A stretch of DNA of 64,000 nucleotides from Nageia nagi (taxonomy: Eukaryota > Plantae > Pinophyta), in the NCBI GenBank assembly GCA_050084985.1, contig JBITNC010000001.1, forward strand, positions 102,796,001-102,860,000. The letters run 5' to 3'. The notes under the pieces were generated by a model. The model ran no database searches. It was not told where the DNA came from and saw only the letters and a program-made list of their open reading frames with translations. The position numbers were made by a program, and so were the translations under genes. Shown here one piece after another: positions 1 to 11,151 of this stretch; within the stretch, counting starts at the first letter, position 1, and each line of letters begins with the position of its first letter.

Positions 1-74
1 GGATTGTTGAGAAATTGGATTATATGGTGTGAAGGTTGGGCGACATAAGCATATACATTCTAGTAACGGTAGTA

Positions 75-2621
75 ATGGCGAAGGAAGAATTGGTAGAGAA
101 TTCTGGGTTTCCATGCACAACATGCAGAAAAAAGTGTTGCAGGGTTCATGATGGCAATGAGAGTTTTTATGGGTCTCTTTGCTTCTTTAAAGTTATCGTG
201 GATGATGATTTTCAGCAAAGACTGGTAACATCAATTTATGCTAAGGAATGGAATAGGTTGTGTTTGTACATCCATTTTGGGAAAATTGAGATTATTTGGT
301 GATTTTTTTGTTTGTATTGATTGTAGCATGTTCCTCCTGCATTTGTTGGAAAGCTTAGAGATGGGGTGGGCGTCGATGAGGATGTGGTTCTGCAAAGCCC
401 CAACTGCGAGAGGTGGACTGTCAAACTATGTGGTACAAGTAATGGGGTGGACTTTTTTGAGGGTTGGGACAAGTTTGTGCATGATAATGGTATTGAGTTT
501 GGAGATTTTCTGGTGTTTAAGTATGCTTGTAGGTCTTTTTTTAAGGTTAGGATATTTGGAAGAAGTGGGTGTGAAAAAATTGAACTTGAGAAGAATCATT
601 GGGAAAGATTCCCTAATGAGGTGCTGGCAATGAATTTGGATTCTGAAGAGGAGAATGATAAAGTTGAAAGGAATTCTGATCAGGAAAAAAACTCCAAAGC
701 CAAGGCCTTCACTGGTGGTAAGTAGAGGTTCAAAGCTCTCTCTTCGTTTAGAATTCTTGCCCATTTCACATTTTTGAAATTTTTCTGGGGATGTTGTAAA
801 GTTTAATACTACATCTAAGAGTGAGTCCAACAAAGCCTCATTATATATGTTTGGATTGTGTATGTTCTGCTTTTGGGCAGTTTGCCTCACACGAACAGAA
901 CATATTCACTTTGATTACGTGTGATGCTTTTGCACCAAGAAAGGAGCAGACTGCATGCAATGTAGCTATGTTTTGCATGAGAGGCCCATGTTACTCTTCA
1001 AACGTTTATTCACCTTTTCCATAAACTCAGGACAGACGTAGGCCAAATTAGGATGCAGAATTTGTGGATAGATTAAACCTAATAATGACTACCTACAGGA
1101 GTGAGTATTTACTTTTAATGTTCTCAAGAGGATGAAATCATCTACACATTGTAATGGATGGTGTCTTTTCACTGCTAAACATTTTTGTATGACTATTGTT
1201 CGCATTCTTGTTTTTGTCACTTTGACTATTGTTCGCATTCTTGTTTTTGTCACTTTGGATCAAAATAACGATCAAACGTTCTAATGCAGGTCATTCTTCC
1301 AAGAGTCCCAAACATTGTCAAATACCTCGTGCCGGAAAGAAGCCTAAGATGGAGACCTCTGCAGCTACTGAAAAAACCAGAAATAGAAGAAAATCTTATT
1401 ATGCTTCTAGCAGGCGGCATTTTACTGAAGCAGAAAGGAACATAACCCTCGAGGCTGCTAAGTCTTTCAGCTCCAAGAAACCATTTTGGTTATTAGTTAT
1501 GCGTAGCATGAATGTATCCTGCAAATTTTGGGTTGTAAGAACTCTTCCTCTTGGTTTGACCTCCATTTGCATTAAAAAAATCTTTTTTTTTATTGGATAT
1601 TTATTGTCTTAGCTTTATTGGTCATTGGGAGGTCTTCAGAGGGGTTTATCATGTTGTGAGAAAGTCTATTCAATTTGAGATTCTGTATTTTAAAGTTAGA
1701 ATACAAGAAGGGTTTCACAAGTTAATAAATTGTAATTTGTGTCATGGTTATGATGTGCAGAATCTCCCAGATATATGCAGACGTCTACTTAAGTTACCAG
1801 CACAAACTACAAAAATGATTCTTGTTGATTCTAATGAGAAGGAATGGCATGTAAAATACCTTGTAAATGGCTGTAAAGGCTCCTTTGGTAGAGGATGGAG
1901 AATTTTTGCGCAGGACAAGAATCTGGAAGTAGGAGATGTTTGCATCTTTGAGCAGATGGACAATAGGCTCAAAAAACTGAGAGTTCATATTTTCAGTACA
2001 TGCACTTCACACAAGCAAATGGAACATATCAAAGAAATGAATGATAGCATTGCATTGGAAACTAGCCATCCTCATAAGAAGATAAAAATTCATAAAAATG
2101 ATGCCAAGGAGTTGTCAACAACAGAATTTGGACCACAACATAGAAAAGATGAAAATATTAATGGCGATGATGCCATCAATTTTGCAACCAAGACATTTGG
2201 ACCAGAGCAGATTAAAGATGAAAAACAAGTTCAAGGGAAAGACGATGCTACTGGTGATAGTGAGAGTAATTGTCTTAACGTGAATAAATGCATGCCTGCA
2301 CTTTTGAAGAGGAAAGCAGGTTGTAGGCGTAGCCGAAGAATCGCTGGGTTGACTTCCCTAGAGTGCTCAAACAAGGATATAATGCTGTCAAGGAAAATCA
2401 CTTCTCTGGATGATGATGATGATGTGATGATTATCTGGGACAGCAATGATGCATCCCATAAAATCCCTCCAACTCCTTGTAGCAGGGTGCAAATTCCAAA
2501 CAAAGAACATAACATGAGAATGCCTACATCTCCAGCATCAAATGTTGAACTTGAGGCAGTAAGTTTGGTGGTAGCATTGTCATCGGAAAAAGCCACATCA
2601 CAAGCTGAAGAGAATGTTTAG
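75..2621 (+). CDS. REM-family B3-domain transcription factor with two B3 domains; exons 75-224, 327-717, 1290-1534, 1761-2621 (~548 aa)
   Basis: ATG at 75. GT-AG introns 225-326 (phase 0), 718-1289 (phase 1) and 1535-1760 (phase 0) join four ORF-track fragments into one 1647-nt open frame ending in TAG at 2619-2621. B3 #1: FFKVIV..QRL/HVPPAFV..WTVKL..FFEGWDKFVHDNGIEFGDFLVFKY..FKVRIFGRSGCEK. B3 #2: PFWLLVMRSMNV../NLP..ILVDSNEKEWHVKY..GRGWRIFAQDKNLEVGDVCIFE..LRVHIF. Each B3 domain is split by an intron near its N-terminus, as is typical of REM genes. The 3' end may be alternatively spliced (see findings). Confidence 0.9.
1190..1255. repeat. Perfect 33-bp tandem duplication in intron 2
   Basis: tgactattgttcgcattcttgtttttgtcactt occurs at 1190-1222 and 1223-1255, about 35 nt upstream of the exon 3 acceptor. 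Confidence 0.95.
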
Positions 2622-4421
2622 CAATTGGGAAACCATGACCTCAAAAACTCCTGTCATCAATAAACTTTTTTTGTGACAATGGATTGAATAGTTCATGCAG
2701 TGAATCAAGAAATCCAGGGAGTAAGTTTAGTTGCATTGCTAGAAACAGATACTTGTTTAATTGATTAATAAGCAAAAACAAACTTGGCATTAGTAGGTGA
2801 TGAAATATTGCCATCCATTCAGTTGATCTGAATTCTATTGCTTATGTGAGGAAGGAATTTGCATATAGGCTAGGCATGTTGCAATAGTATTACAATGGAA
2901 CATTTTCTAAGGTACATACTCCTTTAGTTTGTTTAATAGATAATGTTGATAAGAGAAGAAAACAATTAATTCAATTTTCTAGGGAAGTGAATGAGAAGAC
3001 ACAGTAAACGTTTTTGGCAATGTAAACTGAATCAGTGGATTCTCTAGCTGTTACAAATGGAGAGGCCAAATAGGTGGTTCATTCAGTTGAAACAAAAGTT
3101 TTTGTACCATACAGAACTGTATAACCTGAAGCAAGTGCTCACTAATTGCATCAAATGCACATGCTTACTATTCTTAGAATTGTCAGAACAGCAGAAATGA
3201 ATTTTAAAATTTTGTAATATGTTTTGCAATTATTAATAAAATAATTTTGCTTATCGAAGACAAAATCACATAAGTGTACTTTGAAAGGGCATTTTATTAA
3301 TTTTATTTTATTTTTCTGACAAGGAGTCGTCTTCAGATTGACTAGGGATAGATGTCCTGACTCGTAGTTGATGTATGATACACACCCCCTTCTGAGTAGA
3401 ATTTCTATCAGGATCTTGGTTTTTACAAGATGAGACCATCTATATTATCATGTCTACCAATCTGGAAGTGATAAATATCTGTGTTATAAATATCTATACA
3501 ATTTTAGCTTCTTGTTGTCTTATTTATTAATGAATTAGGATTATAATTACATGATACATGTACTGCTGAGTGAAATGAGATTGAATTGTTAAACAGGCCC
3601 TCCTGATGATGTCTAGGCAGTAGGCATGGTATTACACAAATGTTTAAGCAATTTACTCTAGTCATACCAAATTTTGGAATGAAAATCACTCTATTTGATT
3701 ATCATGATCCTTGGAGAAAATGGAATGATGGCCAAGATAAGTTTAAAATATCAGTCAAACTTCTTGCACTCCTTATGTTCGCCATGGCCAGCTCAAGGGT
3801 TTTATTATTTTGTTCTTTCATTCGGAAACACCCTAGTTATAGGAGCAACACAGTTTAACTCCTATGTATAGTTATTTTTTGGGATATGTTTCCTGGTGAG
3901 AATGAAAAAGGCTTTGGCCTGTTTGCAACTCTTGTACTAATAGGATAGGGTGGTATATCTACCAGGTTTGGTTTTATGGGTCGATGCGTGAAACTGTAGA
4001 TCAAAATGCTATCTCAGTTTTAAAATTTAGCATACTAAAAGAATAATCTTGAATGATGAATGATCATTATGACAGGCCCATTCTTCTTGGTGATGGATAA
4101 ACATAAGTCAAATGAGTGAGGCTTTGCAGAAAGTAATGTTCTTTGGTGTAGAGGTACAATACTGGACTAGAGGAAAATGGATATTTTTACCATACTTGTG
4201 ACTCTTCAAACTGTAGCTTATGGTAATAGATATGCATTATGAAGAGGTATGGTTCATAATAATCTCACCCATGGGCTTATTTTCATTTTAAAACGTCAAT
4301 ACTTACTTCTTTGAGAGCAGCTTTGTTTATTTGTTGTAATATACAGTTTTGTCTTTCTTAATTGCATGGTTAATAGGACAGAATTGACTCATAGGGATTG
4401 CTAATCTTGGGAATACAGTCC

Positions 4422-6093
4422 TGTTAGAAATATTGTAGTTTAATATATTATTGTTATATGTTGAGTAGTATCTCAACATACTTTGTAGTTTAGTGGGTGT
4501 TAGAATACATCCTATTCTAAGTTTGTATTCAACTATTTTTATGGAACAATATAATAAGTTTGTGTTGTGGTTTCAATATGGTATTAGAAAGGGTTTATTT
4601 TTCCTAAGTGGATTGAGAGAGAGAAATGGGTTGGTGAGGTAGATCTCCCATCCTGACTATGCAGTGAAGGAGATCAATAATCTTCTTTGTATATAGTATA
4701 GGTATCTTTAATTTATTTATTTCAGATCATGTGTGAGGAACTCCTCAATTTTGTCATCTGCATTGTTGGGATCTTAGATTAGTTTGGAGATCTGTGTGTG
4801 AAGGTGTGATCTGGTTGGATTGCTGTTTTTTGTGGCATGCAAATCATGTCTACTCATCCAATCCCTTACAAACATAAGGAGAAAGTAGAAGCCGTGTTTG
4901 AGACGGTGCATGAAGTTGTGTTTGAGAGGAGTGCCCAGTACCCCCTCCTACTCGGGCTTCCGGATCTGGCCACACGGCATGTTTGACCAACATGTGTGAG
5001 AGATTGGGAGCAGTGAAAGCATGGAGAACCTGATTGATGGTAGATCTGGACATATATTGTTGTTTGGTAATTGTTTGGCAATATATCTAGGGTATTGATT
5101 ATTTATATTGTGGGATATATATTTTTCAAATAAAAAAATAGTAATCTTTAATTACTATTGTTAGAATAGAGTGTTTAAAAAAGATTTGACTTACATCAAA
5201 TGGAGTGAATATGCAGTGATGATTATTGCCAAAAGCCTGAGTGGTAAAACTTTATTGTAGGTTGCCAAAAACCTGAATGGTGAAGTTTTGTAGGCTACCA
5301 AAAGCTGCTTGTGATGGATGGATGTGTTGGTCCCCAACCATGGATGGTGATTTTATTTAGTGACATGTCATATTGATTTGCTATGATCTCATGCTATTTG
5401 ATGGTCATAAATATAGTATAGTTTGCTATAATCTATATGTTGTTGGATGGTCGTGCCATTGCTTGATGAGTGTTCATGATTGGATGTGTGTATCCCCAAT
5501 TATGATGGTTGTAAACCAACACATTTTTCCTTGTTTACACCTTGTAGTTTGGTCATGCATAGATGTGTTTGTCTCTATCCTTTCTTGGTTATAACAATGC
5601 TCAATCATTGTTATGGAAGTTACTCTTAAGGAGGGGAAGTTTTCAAACCTTCCTTTGTTGTTGGTTGGATGTGATGGTAGATGCTCGTTCAATACCACAC
5701 ATGATGAGATGGTAAATGCCAAAGTCATTACCACATGAAGAATGAAGGATGGCAATTGCCCAAACATTGTTGCATGTAATTTCAGCAAGCCCATTGCCGT
5801 TGAAGCCCATTGTTGTTAAGAAATAATGATGCTGATGTAATTACAAACTCTAGGGATTTGTCATAAAGGGGAGGGGGAGTGTTAGAAATATCATAGTTTG
5901 ATATATTATTGTTATATGTTGAGTAGTATCTCAACATACTTTGTACTTTAGTAGGTGTTAGAATATGTGTGTTTATTTGTTATAACAACTTGTTGAGTTG
6001 TTCCTACTCCAAGTATGTATTCACCTATTTATATGGAACAATATAATAAGTTTGTGTGTTGTGGTTCCAATATGGTATCAGAGTGGGTTTATT
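4422..6093 (+). mobile_element. Small non-autonomous LTR retrotransposon (TRIM-like); LTRs 4422-4578 and 5880-6072, non-coding interior
   Basis: Direct repeats start tgttagaaata and end ..t(t/c)caata. PBS tggtattaga at 4579 and PPT aaaggggagggggag at 5865-5879. A second PBS tggtatcagag follows the 3' LTR at 6073. cagtc flanks the whole unit (4416-4420 and 6094-6098). No retroelement protein motifs inside. Confidence 0.85.
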
Positions 6094-7270
6094 CAGTCAT
6101 ACCTCCATATATTTTTTAATAGTAAAGAATATTGTTGTTGAATTTTAGTCAACTTAGTACACTGTCTATGCTCACTAGTTCTATGATCTATCTGAAGAAT
6201 TTTGTTGATTTTATTCCATTGGAACGAACTCTTCTTGTTGGAGCAATATAATTTAATGCCTTCATAACTGATCGTTTGGATTTCTTTCCTGTTGCCTTCA
6301 TCTTTGAGAATGAATATGGTTCATCTTGTTTGTGACCCACATACTTTACAGGATGAGATGGTATCTCTATCAGGTATGGGTATTTTGGTCCTTGTATAAA
6401 TATTTAGAGCAAAATGCCATCTTAATGTTCTGGGCCATAGTACCTGCTAAAGGAAGATGGATTATCCTGCCACAATTGTGTCTTTTCAAATTGCATGTTC
6501 AGGTAATAGACGTGCATTACACTGAAGTACATTTGCAGCAATCTCAGCCAGTGGCTACCCCTGCTCATTATCATTAGAAAACATCAAAATGTATTTTCTT
6601 CCATAGTATATTTCTTAATTTTTGTGGTAATTTACAGTCATTTCTTCTGAACTTCAAAATTATAGGAAATTATTGAGCAAGATTCCTATTCTTGAGGGAA
6701 CCTATGAGACTAAGGGATTGGTTATATAATTATATTGAAGAATTGTTGATCCCTTCAAATGCCTTGAGCCCTGTAAAAGTACCTTGAACTTGTCCAAAGC
6801 TCTTCCACAGAGCAGTCTGTCTAAAGTGTGGTTTGATACATAGGGTGTTATTTCGAAGAACCCCAGGTGGAGTTATGGGAAGTCTCTTCCTTTATTTGAG
6901 TCAAGCTCTTTGTATAATTTCTCGTGACATAACACAATGTGTGATTGGAGGAAGAAGGTGCTAGGCTATCTGGAAGTGGACGAGTGACTTTGGAGTCCAG
7001 CTTCTTTGCTTAATTGGTCCTTAACTGTTAGTCTGATTGCCAAGTTGCATAAACTCAGATTGACTAATATTCTTTTTCTAAATGCTGCAGGAAAATAAGC
7101 GAGCTTGATATTTGATATTTGCTACACTGCACCTTTTTTAGTGAAGGATTTGCCATAATATGGCTCTTTCTTAATTATCTCCCCACAAAGGAAGGGGTTT
7201 GTTTTGGGTAATCCATAGATTATTTTGCAGCATCATAAGGTTGAAGGAATATTGGAATACTATTTAGCAG

Positions 7271-7822
7271 TGTGATGATCTTAAATATCTCAGTACGCAA
7301 GCAACACAACTAATTAAACTGAAAATGCATATGATCAATTGCTGAAAAATGATTGAGACCTGTACTAAGAATGTTTAACTCACAATAAATGCATTAAAAT
7401 GATAATAACTGAGCAACATAGAATTCAACTGAAACAGCAAAATAATCATGGAGGAAACATGAAGCAAACACATTTACACTTTGTCTAACTTGGAGAAACG
7501 CCACAGACAAAACCAGGAAAGATCTACTCTTTTTACATAAGATATACAAAATACATCACAACCACCTCAAGGACAACAAGCTCAAGTCTTGTAGCATCCA
7601 GCGGATCTGCTACTGCCAAACATAACCCCGTCAATAGCATGGATTCTTCGAATGGATTCCTAGCCCTCTCTGAAACCTTCGTTTAAGCTTTGCAGATAAT
7701 GATTCAGTTTCAGTTTGAGAGAGATTTGACACCTAATTATAACCATGAACTGTTCAAATCCCAGGGTTGTTTTAATGGTTGAACTCCTATTTCCATCTGA
7801 AAACTACCATTACATGTCGGCA
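7271..7822 (-). mobile_element. Probable solo LTR (~550 bp)
   Basis: TG...CA termini (tgtgatgatc...tgtcggca) flanked by direct repeat gcag (7267-7270 and 7823-7826). The A/C-rich composition resembles the reversed LTRs elsewhere in the window. No PBS or PPT is adjacent. Confidence 0.6.
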
Positions 7823-10800
7823 GCAGATGATAATATTGTTTCTGACTAAGCAGACATGCTTGCAACCTTGCTTCATTAATTCTTGTGTTTCCCTTTTTCT
7901 TTTAACCATGTCACCCTGATGGTACCGCCCTATAGATTGTAGCAGTCGACAATACCATCTGTCATGGATTATTGCTTGCAATAAGCTACACTGGATGGTT
8001 TGCGCAACTTTAAGTATTTTACTACCCAAACCTTCACTCTATACCATGACTCAGTCCGTTAGTTGGGCAACCATGGTTTGATCCCAAGTGTTTGGGTCAT
8101 TCTTCTTGATGTTTCACTCACTAGATGGATTGCCCGATCTATTATAATCACACTTCACAATGGAGAGGTCTTTCAAGGCTCACAGAAATAATGATGAAAT
8201 ATTTATTTCACCTTATTCTTGGTGAACCACTTGTATAGGAGCTGCACTTTTTAATGAATCAACTGGTCTTCTTGTCCTCCCCTCCCAGTGGGCTTGATCT
8301 CCATTACAAAGCAATATCTACCCACATTTCCTCTTGGATGCTAAATTTTGAATTGATGGAAGAAGCAACTCCTCATCTTCCTCATCCAACATGGAAGATT
8401 CAATGATATAAGATCCAAAACTGTTCAATAATTTTTGTGGGTTATTGCTATGAATATAACTTGCATGTTTAGGTGTTATTTCAACTAGAATATTAAATGC
8501 TCAATATCTTTAAACTTGACTATGTTGCCTTGATTTTGAATATCTATCATCCATTGCATTTTGGTCATAACACCATACCCTGCAAATTATATGTCCAAGA
8601 ATTGTTCAAGTAAAACTTTAAATGCTCGACTCTTCCTTTACATCATGAGTTTAATCAATCTCCCTTGATTCTAACACCTTAATGCATTTAGATCATATTA
8701 CCATGCCATATATTTAAGATCCTTTTGATTGAGGGAATCATGAACCATTTCTTTTTAACATGTACTATGTTGTAATATTTGCATTGTACTATCCAAACTA
8801 TTGTAGTCTTGAGGCATACCTTTTTATGTTGCTTGGAGGTATGGTATCCTTGCTCTATCATTAATGTTCTTAACAAACATGCCCATACCATGTGGAATAT
8901 ATATAATGTGTCAGTGTCAACACGTTAACATGATCCTTGGAGGTCACACATCCCACTTACCTTATGAGGTGTATAATAAGCTTTGGTAAAATCCCCCAGT
9001 GTTTCCCAACACTTGGAATGATGTCAACATATTGAAAACTGCAAGCGTTGTGTGAAGATCGAAATTAATCCATTTTATGATAATTACTCATACTTGATTA
9101 TTGTTAGAGCCTAAGATGATGTCATTATTCTAAAAACTGTGAGACCCGATAGAAAAATAACAGTCCACTACTTTTGATAAAATTTGCTACCACCTAGTGT
9201 TTTGGATAGCTCGATCTGACATCATCCGCTAAAAAACCTCAAGTCTTGGTAAAACTTAGCCAAAATTTAACTAAGTATATAAATATTTCTCTTACTACCC
9301 AATCAACCATAATAATATAGTGGGGACTTAATAAAGACTTCCATTGAAAATGAACTCTAGTAAAAGGTACCAAATATGGAAAAAGGGTTAATGGAAGCAT
9401 GAATAAAAAAAAAAGAAAAGGAAATAATAAAAGGAAAATAGAAATAGGAAAGAAAAGGAGAGGGATAAAAAATCTCATCAAAATATTGCATTCACAACAT
9501 TTTCTAGCAGCTCGTAGGGGACTTCAACCTATTGAAGTGGAAACCCTAGCTTGTTTTGTGGACTTCTCTTCACGCATAATGTTTTTTACCTACTCATACA
9601 CACTTTGTATCTCATATAAATCTTCTTGTGTTTATGATGGGATTATGGAAGCATACCCCATGTTGAGTATCAACTCATTGATTGATATGTGTATTTTAGT
9701 TATATTGAGGAATCTAGCAATGACCTATTATGTTGCATTATTTAGGAGAGTTAAATCATCAATTTCTCCTAGTGATTTTTCCAATGACTATTTATGTAAA
9801 TGTAAGCATGAGACTTTTTTATCCAATTCATGATAATGGCAATATCATCTTCCTAATCTCAAAATGTTGGCATGGTTTTCTCCTTTATAAATTCTAACTC
9901 CACCATTACGAAAAATATATGTATTTGAAGCTTAATCATTATATCTTCTATAATATCATTTAAAGTGGATATCCACTTGAGATCACTTATCCTATTAAAT
10001 ATATATTTTCTAGCTCAAGGGGAAAGAAAAGCGATTCGTTCTTCTCTAGCTATCCCCAACCAATCTGTAACCTTTTTTGCTTTATCAAGGGGAAATTTAA
10101 GAGAAACCCTATACATTTACATAAAAGTTTTGTTGTTGTCGATTGCAACCTCCATGTTTTCCTGCAATCTTTTTACCTTTATGAGGTTTGGTGCCTTTGT
10201 TGTTATCTAGTTCATGAATGATTTCTTAGCATTTGATTCAATTGAAATTAAATTAATATTATTTTGGATCAATATATGATTATCATTCTCTTGGGTTGTA
10301 TGATCCTACTTTACATTTTCAACTTGTTGGCTCTCAACTTCTTACACTCTTTTCTTTAGCAGATCCATTTATTTATTTATCCCTTCTAGCTCTTTTTTAG
10401 TGCCTATTCCTTTTTCTCATGCGATATTACTGCAACATCCATTTTGGCTCTCAATTTCTCATTACTATTTTTAAGGCCCTTGATTATTTTTATTGGTTTC
10501 TAATGGTTTCCTCAAGATCGACCTTATTCTTTTCCAGAAACTCTACCCTATATTTTTATTTTTCAAATCTCCTTCCAATGGCTTTCATAATGTTGATCCC
10601 AAACTATTTTTGATCATAGATTGAGGCTTTCTCTAAATTAAAATCTATTAGTACTAGGGTCATTTCCTTTTCTAATGATGTGGTTGCAATTGGGACCACT
10701 CCAACTTTCATTTTTCTTGACTCTAGGTTGACCACACTCAACACCCTAACTTCAATCTTTGGGAGGCTCTATGGTTGTTTCAAAAGTTTTTCCCAATTTG

Positions 10801-11151
10801 TTTGTTGGAGAACCTATATGTTAAAAATAATTTCTACTTCTAATGGGGTAAATGGTGATAGAGGTTTTATCTTACTCAAGGAACAAGAAGAATTGATTAA
10901 TTCTCTACTTGCATCTATGATATTTTATTACACCACCTTTACTTGTTTTATTGGTTCCTTTGAGGCTCTCTTTGGGGAATTTGTAGACGCTTTTTCCATT
11001 TGCGCTATGGGTTCTAAGGGATTGTATTTTTATTTTGGAACATCCATACCTTATAGGTTTTCTTTTGATGCCTTTGCTTGCTCATCCCCTAACTTATCTT
11101 TTTGTATCTCCTACCACTCTTGTAGAAATTGTCCCTTTTGATGCACTTCCA

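Noticed and set aside
36-1760. ORF-track starts at 36, 238, 366, 1229 and 1593 as separate genes
   Set aside because: They are exon-containing or off-frame pieces of the single spliced REM gene. Their N-terminal extensions are intronic or start at non-ATG codons.
9115-9226. 10-bp inverted repeat gatgatgtca...tgacatcatc as a MITE
   Set aside because: There is no TSD and no second copy, and it is too short to exclude chance.
9239-11141. Hydrophobic ORFs (9239-9481, 9399-9833, 10680-11141) as membrane proteins
   Set aside because: They are low-complexity products of A/T- and purine-skewed TE sequence, mostly antisense to the E/K-rich extra ORF.
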